Part shown: piece by piece, positions 29,289-40,485 of the stretch
Position numbering within the stretch: position 1 is the stretch's first letter
Layout of the letters: every line of letters begins with the position of its first letter
Assembly (NCBI GenBank): GCA_000708835.1
Contig: DF237122.1
Location: forward strand, 1-64,000
Source: Klebsormidium nitens
Taxonomy: Eukaryota; Plantae; Klebsormidiophyceae
Reading direction: 5' to 3'
DNA: 64,000 nt
The notes under the pieces: generated by a model
Database searches by the model: none
What the model was told of the DNA's origin: nothing
Seen by the model: the letters and a program-made list of their open reading frames with translations, nothing else
Made by a program: the position numbers and the translations under genes

Positions 29289-32200
29289 ATGCGCCACTAC
29301 ATTGCCCTCCCAGAAATGGAGGCGCTGGCAGAAGGTTCGCGCAAGACAGTTGCAAGAAAATTGGCGAAGAAACCAGGCGGGGTGATTGAACTGGCTCAAC
29401 CTTCTGCAAGCAAAAGCTCTGATTTGACTGCGTCTCTGTTTCTGCCCCGTTGGCGGACTGTGCATCTCAGGAGCCACAATGCTGCCAACAACCTGAGAAG
29501 AAGATACCCCTTCATATTTCTGAATGGGACAAGCGACAGAAAAATCGCAAGGCAGTCAAGCACTTCGAGCACTTTATCGCATACAGTACCTTCCAGAACG
29601 CTGCGCAGTTGCAGGAAGCGGAACCCTGTTTTCAGGGCACAGCTGATTGATGAGCTGACCAGCGAGCGAGATGATGCCATCAGCAAGCAAAGCGAGGCTG
29701 ACTTGGGGCTTCCGTGGACTGCATCAATCATTGCGGCCGCTGCCACTGCAGCCGCTTCTGCCGAGGTGGAGGTTGCGAGAAGGCGGGGTTCAATGTCTAG
29801 CACAATGTTTTCGGCTCCGGGGGAGGACTTTCTGAGCCTGTGCCGGGCGCAGCTCCAGTTGGCCAGCAAGGTGCTGGGACAAGATACAAGCTTCACGGTG
29901 AGATGCAAGTTTTACCATTCTAATGAAACTTGAAGTGCCGACAACACCTGTTTGAAGATTTGTTGTGACCAGCTCTCCTATGTGGTTGCACTGAGTTGAA
30001 AAGCAGTACTCCGGTATCTCATTCCCCAAGTACCGCTCAATAAAGAGGATTAGAATTTAGATGACAGTGTCTGAACAGAGTTGTATGAAACTTACTTGGA
30101 GCTCAGGTATCAAAATCCCACTTCTTTAACTGGCACCTCTGCATTCTGACAGGCAAGTCCATAACTTACAAGGTGAGGACCATGAGTCTCTCTAAAACAA
30201 AAGGGCAGATTCTGTATGGTAAAACGGTGTACATCAAGGAAAATTTGAAAGTGTCAAAGGCTGACCTAGGTTCACTCGTTGGCAGGTGTACATTCGGACG
30301 CCTGAGAGTTACGCGTCTGGCCAGGTAGACCTCCAGCCCGTAGCACTCTTCCCCGAACTGGTTGAGCCCGACTTTCTCGACATCGTCCGGCTGGTCGGGG
30401 GCAGCCAGGAGCCCCTTCCCGAGCGGCAGGCGGAGCACTGGCTCGTGCGCGAGGAAGCTATAGAGGTTTCTGAGAAGAGAGCGATGGTCTTGCCGATGTC
30501 TAGAGGTTCCTTCCTGGTGGGGCTGCTGATTGCAGAGCGTCCTGTGAGCTTCGCCGAGGCTTCTGGCTCGGCAGAGGATGCAGATGAAAACGGGCAGAGG
30601 GATGTGAATGGGGCGACTGGTGAGAGTGGGGCTGATGATGTGAACGGGGCCGGCGGTGTGAACGGGCCTGAGGAGTCGGTAGGCAGTAACTCGAGCATCG
30701 TCGACCAGTGGCAGCAGATGCCGCAGAGTCCCATAATTGATTTTGGGAAGAAGAAAGAGAGTGGGGGCTACGCATCGGCGGGGCGGGGCAAGGGCCGGAT
30801 GCCGGGCAAACGGGGGAAGGCCGGCAAGGTGAAGAAACAAGCTAGCAGCCCCGCTAGCGTGATTGAGTCCCCCCGGCAGATTCGGCAGCGGCTACGGAGT
30901 ATGGGAAAGGGGTTCTCCTCGGCGGGAGAGGTTAAGGAAATCATTGACATTCCGAGCCAGGAGGTTTCGGTCTCTGAAGACGAGCCAGTCTCTGAAGATG
31001 ACCAAACCGTCTCGGAAGAAACCCCGACAGTGTCTGAGGATCACCCGACGGTTTCAAGTGATGACTCGTCGGTTGCTGAAGATGAATCGGCAAATAGAAA
31101 AGAGGAGCGGTCTTCGAGAGGTTCGGAAGCGAGCAGTAGCGGGCGCATCTTTGACTGGTCGAAGCTCGACGTGGACCAACTGAGGGCGCAGCGTGCGGCG
31201 GTCAGGGAAGGGGTTAAGCTAACCCGCGCGCAGGCCATTGGGAAGCAGTTACAAGAGTTGTTCTCGAAGAAAGACGAGGACGAGAGTCAAAGCGACGAGT
31301 CCGAAGGAGAGGAGGCATGGTCGCAGGAGCACAGCAGCCCGTCTTTAGAAACATCCGACCACTCGGACTCAATCGATGGCAGTGTAGAGAGCAGCACAGG
31401 AAGCGGAGAGTCATTCAGGGGTTCAGAAAGCACGGAGAGTGAGGAGTCTTTCGGGGGGTCAGAACCGGTGGTAGAAACTGGGGGGGTTTACAGTGTGATG
31501 GAGCGGGAGGTTGCGGTGGAAGTTGCAAAGACGATTGCGATGGCGGCTGTTATGGACCAGCGCACGCTGTTTTTGCAGCAGGCCAACTGGCAGCGGGGGG
31601 TGCGCCTGGACGGGATGCTGGAGCAGGTGCGCGGGCCGCTGGCGGCGCTGCGCACGCTGGGGAAGAGCCTCATGCCCGTCACCAAGGAGGGCGAGGTGAG
31701 GAACGGCCGCTGAGAACTGGTTTTCCAGAAGCGCTCGATTGTACTGAGAACAAGTTGCTGGTAGGAGGCTACCCTGAATGCGATGCTTGTGAAATGCCCG
31801 ATGCTGGGGTGTTCATCTCCAGGAGGGCGGGAGAGGATCATGGCGAATCTTGTGTGCTCAGAGCCTCCTCTGCGAAGCGGCCATGGTTGTCCCCCTGGTG
31901 CGTCACCAATCCGGCATACCTGGAAGAATCTGATTGGCCAATGTTAAGCAGGGTGAGGTAGAAGTTGCTCAGTGGGGATTGGATTCTGATCCTAGATGTC
32001 CTGCTCGTTTCAAGCCTTCTCTGGTCCACTGCCAAGCCATTGCTTTTGGTTGAAGACCTGGGCTAGCAGGAGACACCCGGTTCCTTCTCCCGTCAAGGTC
32101 GGCTTTTATCTCTGAATAATCGTGTTACCCACCGTTTGCGTTCCTCTGTTTTGGTTCTTTTCATGCTTGAGGCCTGCAGATTGGGTCATGCATCCCCGGT

Positions 32201-34919
32201 TCCGAAGTCCTCTTCCTATAACTTCGTTCGAGTGCTTGGTCGATCAGTTTGGTTCCGCTGAGACAGTCGTAGACCCCTAAAATGCGGCACGGCAGCGCAG
32301 TCAGCTCCTCGCGACGGCTTCATCTTCTTATCGTCCTCCTTGTCAAGGTAGTGCAACCCGTTGTCCAGGTGAGCCGCGATGTTGCCACAGCCACGAGCTA
32401 GAATATCAACTAAATAGTTGACTAGTTAGCCAACTAACTGACTAAGCAGGTAACTGATGACGGAAACCTTGCTGCAGGTAAGCCGTGACGTGGCTGAGAA
32501 CATCGTGGTACAGGGCGAGCGCATGAAGGACGTCATCGTCCAGATCCAGGACGAGCTGTACCCATCCCAGGGGGCCGGAAACCTGGTCCACTACGATCGC
32601 CAGGCGCTCCCTGCAACCGCCGGCCCGAAAACTGCAGCACTGCTCGAGGCTTCCCGGTCGGGGGGGCGCGGAGGGGGGTTCGTGGGAGGCGGACGGACGT
32701 CCCCCCGTTTCGGGACGGGAAACGGGGCGGGGGTACGGCGGGGGGACGGGTTGGAGGCCGAAGGAGGGGNNNNNNNNNNNNNNNNNNNNCGTACGACGCG
32801 ACGTACGCCGGTACGGTCCGGGTCCGGGGGTCGGGGGCGGGCGGGGTAGGGTCGGAGGGACGGACGGACGGTACCGTCCCTTTTACGGGAGGGAAACGGG
32901 CGGGGGTAGCGGGGGAGGGTTGAGCCAAGAGGGGGGAATGCAAAACGGGGGAGGGAGCCAGAGTGCTAGCGGCGCTGTGGCGGCTAGTGGCAGTGAAGGG
33001 ATGGAACTGCGTGAGAGTCTACCGAAGGTTTTGGCGGGGGGGCCGGGGGGTGGGGTCGAGGCCTTGTCAGAAGGTCACGCGACATCGGAGGGCAGTGCAG
33101 AGTCTGCCAAGCGGCTCAGAAACGGGGCCTCAGGTGCAAGCGGAATGCACGCTGAGAGCCAACGAGAAGAGACAAAACACGCAGAGCACCCCGTTTCGAA
33201 ACCGGGGGCTCCGTCCGCAGCTTTACCACCCCCCCCGAAAGCTGCCCAGGAAGCTCCCCCAGCGGGCGGCGCTCAGGCCGAGCCCGAGAAACCACACCCT
33301 CTTCCCGAAAAGGGGGGTCCGTCTAGCCCGGCCCCAACCCCCCAGACTGAATCCGAGCCTGAACACCAAAAACCAGGGGGTGCGTCTGGCCCCTCCTCGA
33401 CCCCCCGGAACGTGTCCGAGTTGACCGAGTCCCTCCTGGCGATCGAGAAGGACGCCCAGATGGTCGACGTGGCAGACGTGCTGAGTCAGCTGGTGACGGC
33501 ATGCACCCCAATCGCGCAGTACAAGCAGCTGACGCTGGAGCACGTGGGGCCCCCACCTGGCGCCCTGCCGTTGGTTGCTGCGGAGCCACACGCGGTGCGC
33601 CAGGTGCTTAGCATCGTGCTGGATAATGCGCTCAGGTGAGAGTGCCAACAGAAACTTCGTATTCAGGTCCATTTGCGAAGCGCTGTTTACTTTGAAGATC
33701 GACATCCTGTTTTCCCTTCGTTGCTCATGCACTGTCATTTGTAAGTTTTGAGGTCGACAAGCAGACTAGCTTTCTCGCGCGTCAGAAGTATTTCGAAGCG
33801 ACAATACCAGCCTGAGCGTTTTCTTCGATCGTTTCGATGCTTTGATGCTTCACGCAAACCCTGTAACCCGGCCTGGGTAAAGGCGTTTAGTCAGGACGAA
33901 CTGCGCTTTGTTACAAGGGCAACCAAGCAACCGCTGGCTCAGTCTGCATGTGATGAGACTCTTCTCCCGTTGGCAGATATACGCAGCGTGGCGGCTGGGT
34001 GCGCTGCGAACTGGTGGACGCGTCGGGCGCCGGCGTGTTCATGCGGGTGGAGGACGACGGACCCGGAATGAACCTCCTGGTGAGGACAAACATTGTTGAT
34101 ACAACGACCGCGCTCAAACCTCTCCAAAATTCTGGACCTTCCGATCCACTGTTTCAGCCGCTTTCCTCTGCCAGGTGATTGTCGGGGTGAGATCTTCACA
34201 CATCTGATCTTGCATAAAAGCAACCTTTGTCCAAGGAAGCTCTGGAGACCTGCATAAGACGATGGCCGGCACATTTTTTTCCGAGATACCGGGTCTGATG
34301 TGAAGTTGACGCATATCCTGGAGAAGGATGATTGAAGCAGAACCCAGAGCTCAATATCGACACCGCTAAGAATGAGAATGGTGTGGCAGGGGTTCGTCTG
34401 CTCCGGACGAATATTATCGTTTGGGTGAGTTCATAATTCTGTTCCCTTTGTCTTCTTTGTTCCATGTGACTTCTCCTCTTCTGTCTTGAACCCAATACAG
34501 AACTTCGCCACGTGCTACTCTGGATGCTTTCCAATGCGGAGGCCAATATATGTCGTAGGCGGTCTTGACAGCTCGGATCGCCCGAAAGATACTCATCAAT
34601 TTGTTGGATGCTTGACGTACAGGCTCAGGCGCAGGCGTTCGTCCCGACTCCCGAGGTGCAGCTCACCTCCGGGGGGGGCCAGCTGCCCGCCCAGTTGGAG
34701 AGCCAAAGGCAGAGCAGCGGCCTGTCGATTGCCCGGGACTTGGTGGAAATAATGGGGGGGGTGATGCGGATACGGTCTCCTCGGGTGGCAGACGCTCCGG
34801 TCGGGCACTGGGGCACAAATGTCGAGATCTGGTTGCCGACCGGGAAGGAGAAGGAGGGGGAGACCGGGGAAGGGGACCCTGTGCTTGCTGGCAGCAGCAG
34901 TGGCCAGGTCTGTGAATAG
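29289..34919 (+). CDS. CSK: Chloroplast sensor kinase (modified His-kinase); join(29289..29897,30286..31695,32478..33635,33977..34079,34623..34919), with a gap in exon 3
   Basis: GAF-like FLSLCRAQL...VYIR...VLPMSRGSFLVGLLIAE. DHp region AMAAVMDQRTLFLQQANWQ...EQVRGPL has Glu at the H-box His position, as in plant CSK. Also N box NALRYT, G1 DDGPGM, and GLSIARDLVEIMGG. Confidence 0.92.
32770..32789. other. Assembly gap (20 N) within CSK exon 3
   Basis: N run in a G-rich coding segment; the reading frame is offset across it. Confidence 0.99.
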
Positions 34920-35784
34920 AATGGAAGGCACAGTTGCTTGTCAACAATGTGTTCGGCTATGATGAGCTGTTTGACCGGGTCTCGTTTCTGCCCTCGAGTT
35001 CATGGTTGATCGATTTGAAGAAGGTAGGATCTCGTCACGAGGCATATATGTACATGCTTGCAGTAAGCTCTCCTTCACATCCATGTAGCTCGGTATACTT
35101 AACTGCAATTGTAAGCATGCCTTTGCACTATACTGCAAGTCCGACCAGCAGGCCCTATTCTTCAAGATAATGATGAAGGATGCTACCTTGGCCGGCCGGG
35201 TGAGGCCAAGATCTCATGGGACTCCGTGCAAACAGGAAGGGCCGCCCGATCTTTTCGAGTATACATGCGTATATAGGTGAAATTAGTCGTCAACTATAGA
35301 TTACAACTTTCTACAACATATGAGGGCGTCTGTGCATATCAATCAAGGTTTAATCTTAGTGATGCTCGAGCCACACTCGACTTGAACCCCAATTGCATGG
35401 TGTACTAGATACAAGGCAATGGATTTTCACGTGCATGCACATATACATGCCAGATGCACATGATTCCTTTCAGTAGTGAAGTTCACTCATACATGTCATT
35501 CGTATCACAATGATACCTTTGAGCAAGTTGAGGCGGTCTCTATAGCTGTACTTGAAATACCATTCAGGCATCAGTTGCGTGACATAATGTCCATGCAGGC
35601 CAGTGCCTACGATGCGTGCGCTTGCAACCCCCAGCTGCTCTCTTGGACTTGCCTGCCATTATGCGTGCTGATTATGATCTTCAATACGGGCCTGACAAGT
35701 CGTCATTTGATCGAGATGAATGCAATGTCTATTGCACAGAAGTTGAACTCTGGAATGAGCACTATATCTCAGCAATTCACGAGT

Positions 35785-36891
35785 CTACTCGTCAGGTAAA
35801 ATTACAACCTCTACAACGAGACAGTCGTTCGCCCTAGCCAAAGGCTCACTTACTAGCTCATGATAGCTAAAGTTGTGTTCGTGAAACTCAAATCCGTAGG
35901 CGTGATCTTTGTCAAACTCCTGGTTATCATCGAGTTTATATTCAAGCTCTTTATCCTTCAAGAGCACACGCACGGTGCAGCTTGCCGTCAGAACTTCATC
36001 TGGAAAGTCGCTCTGCCCTGGTGGACAAATAGCTTCAAGATAGATACCATCTTGATCCAGGAACACATTCCACCAGCGAGATTCAGGATAGCAGAATGTG
36101 TAGATCAGCATCGACTCTTTCTTCAGCTTCTCAGTCACCCTCACAAATCTGAACTGCGCTGTGCAGCTCTTCTGGTCCGCTGACCGCGTCACCGTAACAC
36201 CAGGGGTTAACGCCTCCAGCGCATGAACAAGCCGTTTCAGGTTCCAGTGGCGGGCCTGATCGAGCAACCGCTGATCCCGCTCTGTGGGAGCAGTCCCTGT
36301 CGCCAAATGTTCCAAGATTGCTGCCCATCGTTCGGGGTGGCAGTTGACGAGAGCCCGGCCCTGCTCATCTCGCGCATAATCCCACTCGCCATTGTACATC
36401 TTGTTGAGCAACGACTCCGGTTCCGACTCTAGATAACTCCGAGGAACAGACCCTGACTGTCCCGTTCCGGCCAGAACAAAGCTAAACTGGTTTCCGTTTT
36501 CTGCTTTCCTTGCTCCAGCAGCTTGAGCCTCCCTCAATGACTCATCTTTTGCTGCCAAGCTTTTCTGAACGTCGTCCATTTCGCTCGTCAATGCATCCCT
36601 CTCCTTTTTGAAAGATCTGTCCTGCTCCTCGCCGTGTTGCTTTGCCTTCTCTAGTTCCCCTTCGAGCCGCTTCACCTCTGCCTGTAGCCCAGCGAACGCC
36701 TTGGCTGCAGCCTGCCACTCGTCGACCGCCCTCTTGCAAGCGAGCTCGCCCTCCGCTGTCAACACCTGGGCCTGGGAGAGGGTGACCGGCTGGCTGCTTG
36801 CCAATGTTTTTGCACAGGCAGCTTCATCCTCCTGCACTCGGCGCCTCTTCAGCGACGCTGAGGACAGGGTCTCCCTACCTGTCCCAGGCAT
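35785..36891 (-). CDS. Intronless coiled-coil + KCTD-type BTB/POZ + MATH-like protein (368 aa), paralog 1
   Basis: FVLAGTGQSGSVPRSYLESEPESLLNKMY...ALVNCHPERWAAILEHL...QARHWNL is a T1/BTB pattern. Basic KRRR motif near the N-terminus. In-frame stop upstream of the ATG. Confidence 0.85.
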   Translation of the reverse strand: MPGTGRETLSSASLKRRRVQEDEAACAKTLASSQPVTLSQAQVLTAEGELACKRAVDEWQAAAKAFAGLQAEVKRLEGELEKAKQHGEEQDRSFKKERDALTSEMDDVQKSLAAKDESLREAQAAGARKAENGNQFSFVLAGTGQSGSVPRSYLESEPESLLNKMYNGEWDYARDEQGRALVNCHPERWAAILEHLATGTAPTERDQRLLDQARHWNLKRLVHALEALTPGVTVTRSADQKSCTAQFRFVRVTEKLKKESMLIYTFCYPESRWWNVFLDQDGIYLEAICPPGQSDFPDEVLTASCTVRVLLKDKELEYKLDDNQEFDKDHAYGFEFHEHNFSYHELVSEPLARANDCLVVEVVILPDE

Positions 36892-37048
36892 TTTAGCCGT
36901 GCTCTCTTTCCAGAGGGGATATTTTCAGCGAACTCCCATGGAAATGCCTAAGTTGCGCCCTGGTTGCGCCCCTTGGAAAGGTTGTAATTGATCAGAACGG
37001 TTCTAACGACTGAGAACCCTGCCAGAGAGGCAGGCTGCACAGAAATAT

Positions 37049-37088
37049 GTGTGAGACTAGGGTGTGAGACTAGGTATGCGAGACTATG
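37049..37088. repeat. 13-bp tandem repeat GTGTGAGACTAGG x2 plus one degenerate copy
   Basis: Direct reading, upstream of BTB paralog 1. Confidence 0.85.
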
Positions 37089-37489
37089 CTAGCAGAATTT
37101 TGAACGATTTGGCGGGAACACGAAAGTAGCAGTACGTCCGGGTTCAATGGACGTTGTCTGAAACGGCGCGGCGTCTCAGTGCAGAAAGGCCCCGCCGTTC
37201 TGCCAACCGCTGCCGACTTTCAAGTTTCAAGTGAAAGTGAAAGTGAAGGGTGAAGTATTGTTCCCCGCAGAACTTCGCTGCTTGAACTTGAAGTTGCATC
37301 AGCTGCACCATGCTGGCACTGGCACTGGCAGCCTGAATTGCAGTCCACTGCACAAGGCAACCCACTGCATTGCCTGGAGGCTGGAGCCAGCTAGCATAGG
37401 TATTGGAGTAGCGGCTACATGACATGAGAGGAGTTGGTATAGCGGTAGTCACGCGTGTTCTGTTCGACCAAGCGCGCAGGTTAGGAAGG

Positions 37490-39380
37490 ATGGAAGCAGC
37501 AATAGCCAGCATTGAGATCCTGTTGGAGAAAGCACAGGCGGATTTGGAGGTGAGTTGTGAGAGCACGTATGGACTTTCAGCCCAGCCATATTCACTTCTG
37601 TAGTTGAGGCTGTGTGTGATGACACGAAATCTCGAGCTGTTGAATGCCAGCTCTGATCCAGGCGTTCCTGTACAGGAGAGACTTTTGTTTCTCAGGCGTT
37701 TCAGAGTGATTGCAGCTCGTTCATTTGGTGGGACTTGAACCTAGAAACCGCATGCAGTATGACAACAGCCTATCCTACTGCAGTTTGTCGCTCAGAAACT
37801 GGAGGAAGAATTTGAAGAGAAGTTTTCAAGAAGCGGGGTAAGTATCAGATAATCTTCTGATTTTGAAGGAACGCGAAGACTTCTATGCGCACTTCTCAGA
37901 AGTTTGCAGCTTGCATTGCCCTTACTATCTGGCATACTCAAAGAGCTTGGCAGTCCTGTGTACATGCTCGGAGAAGTAGCTGATTGTCTGGACATCGCAG
38001 GTCCAAAATGCTCTGGTGTCAGTCCTTGTCTATGCTATTGGGATCTGGGCAACGACCAACACTTCAATAGAGAAAAATGTTTGCCTTAACAATTACACAA
38101 GCAGCTCTGCGACTTTAGGTGAACCCAATCAAGCTGGTAGCAAGACTGAAGAAGATCCAGGAGGAGCTCCCCCAGGTCAAAGCGGAGAGCGAAAATATCC
38201 TGGCTGCAAAACAGGTATGGCCATGCTGGGCGTTTATACTTGGATAGAGTGGCTCTGAACCTTTTGAGTCCGGTCTTCTGACCTTATTACTTGCCAGTTG
38301 CCCTGCTTGCAAGCTAGCCTGATTGCAAGCTGGAACCATAAGCGTCGGTAAAGTTGGACCAGTTCCTGAGACGGAATGGTTTCGCGCAGTCGGATCCATA
38401 TGTCTTCGACTGAACAAAAAGAATGAAGAATCAAGCTGTGCAATACTAGGTTAATGGAACATAACAACGGTTGCTATTTCGATTTTATTTCGACCAAGTG
38501 GGCGTAGATTTTCTGTTTCGAGCATGGAAACCAGCACGTTTTTCTTGCTAGGAGACTTCGAGGCATTCTGGTCATATCTGAGAAGTCCACACTTTCTGCC
38601 TGTCTTGCTTCTCTAGGAACATTCCACTTTTTTGCTGGAACAAAATCGATCAAAAACTCGTACATTCTGTTGCCGTCATCGTGCCTCTCAATAAGAAATT
38701 TGAGGGGGCTTTTGGAATCACTTCCTGGAGGATCTGATCGACACTGCCAAGCAGAAAGTCGATCAGAAGACTCGTACATTCTGTTGCTGTCATCGCCTCT
38801 CACTACAAAGATTGAGGGGACTTTTGGAAGCGCTTTCTGCAGGATCTGATCGATACTGCCAAGCAGAGCATTGTGACAAATCGGGACCTCTTGAGGCGCC
38901 TTCAGGGTCGAGCAGGCATGCCGGTTGTGCCAGATTTCGAGGACGGAACGTATAGAGCCTTCTCAGAAGCATTGCAGGAGTGGGACTCTCAAGTCGGCTT
39001 ACATACAGGTACCTGCTTTCTTCACATTTCTCATCTTGTTTTTCGCTTTGGTTTGAGATGTGCTTCTTCTCTTGAATCAGAGTTTCTGCTAACATTCTAC
39101 TTGGTCTATTGTCATCCGTTTCAAGGGCAACCATGTATGGGCAAATTGGACAGAAGGCGACACGAATTCTATAGTTGTGAGTTCCATCTCGTAGGGTCAC
39201 AATCCTGACCCTAGAAAGAGGGGAATCTGATTTATAGTCACTTATCTGGTCTCAACTGACAGCTTTCGCATGCCTCTCCTTGCAGTGCAACGAAATGTGT
39301 CTGCCAATGGCAAGGGGCTGATACAACCCCAAGACCTAAATCTGGAGCTTTTTAGATCATCAAGAAGGGGCCAACCTTGA
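37490..39380 (+). CDS. SKA2: Spindle and kinetochore-associated protein 2 (156 aa); join(37490..37549,37784..37837,38119..38214,38843..39008,39286..39380)
   Basis: Not in the ORF track; assembled by eye. MEAAIASIEILLEKAQADLE|FVAQKLEEEF...|VNPIKLVARLKKIQEEL...LAAKQ|DLIDTAKQ...EW...QDLNLELF matches the SKA2 pattern, including the plant LxAKQDLID motif. All junctions are in phase. Confidence 0.88.
38646..38867 (+). repeat. ~112-bp tandem duplication spanning the SKA2 exon-4 acceptor
   Basis: TCGATCA..ACTCGTACATTCTGTTGC...GGATCTGATCGA.ACTGCCAAGCAGA occurs twice. Confidence 0.92.
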
Positions 39381-40485
39381 GACTTCGAACATGTCGATGT
39401 TCTTAAGTCAGCCTCAACATTTCAGCTCTTGATAAGCGTTCAGGCCTATACCTTCTGAGTGTAAGGAGGTGCAAGTACATCATGGCAACGACCTGTGTTT
39501 CGAACTTGCTGATCAGGTTTCCCGTTCAGTCCTCCATGTTAGCGGTCAGCGAATGATACTGGTGTTACACCAAGGGGAATCAGTCTCGAAAAAGAAGGGT
39601 ACTACCCATCAACCCACTTCAGAGTCGACATTTAGTTCGATACGGTATGAATTCTATTCAATTGAATCCCGCTAGTTATCATGGAGCTACCGTTCATGGT
39701 TGTAACTTCTCATCTGTTAACCATCGCCCTTACGCACGTTAAAACCATTGTGCACGGTCTCCGTGATGTTTGGCTGTTTAATTGTTGACTCTACAGCTTG
39801 AAGCAACTACCAGAATCTGACCCCACGACTCAGGACCTATATCAGAACTCAAATCTCTATGCAGACGAGTCAAGCTATATGCCAACGAGATGACAGCTTT
39901 TACGATATATCAAGTCCCGGACTCATCGATCTCCAAGCCTAGCTTGGATGAATCACGCATGAAAGCAAGTCAGATGTCACGTCAGAATTAGAGCAACGAT
40001 CGCTATTATACAGCTTTGTTTTACAAATTTCACACAGCTGAAGCACCTAGACAAAGAATAAGTCTATGGTTAGTCATCTAGCCAATGCAGCTTTGCTCCC
40101 CGGCCGCTCAAAGTCCTTTCATCGCCTACACGGATAGCCTTAAATGCGCTATCATATAGGGCCTTGTCTTTCCCCTTATAATCGACTGCTCGCGCCTTCT
40201 CTTATATGATGCAAAGCAGATCTCCTACATCAATTGCAAACAACCAAGTCTTTTTCCAACCCCTGCCTTTCGGGCCTTCACCTCACTCTATCGACCCCTT
40301 CTCAATTGGTCTATTCCTGGCAAAAGGCAAGACTAGACTACAACCAATTCCTCTAATATATACATGATCACCATGCTACAAGAATGACAACTCTGCTACC
40401 GCCGTCTAGCATTAGCTGCCTCGTCCTTCAATCCAGTCATCTGTACACGCCTCGGACGCTGCCGCAGTCCTCAACACAAACCTCC

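Noticed and set aside
35616-35837. 73-aa ORF (YDLQYGPDKSSFDRDECNVYCTEVELWNEHY)
   Set aside because: Protein-like but short, overlaps the BTB1 3' end, and has no recognisable family or linked exons
37144-37566. 140-aa minus-strand ORF
   Set aside because: Antisense to SKA2 exon 1 and its promoter; no domain
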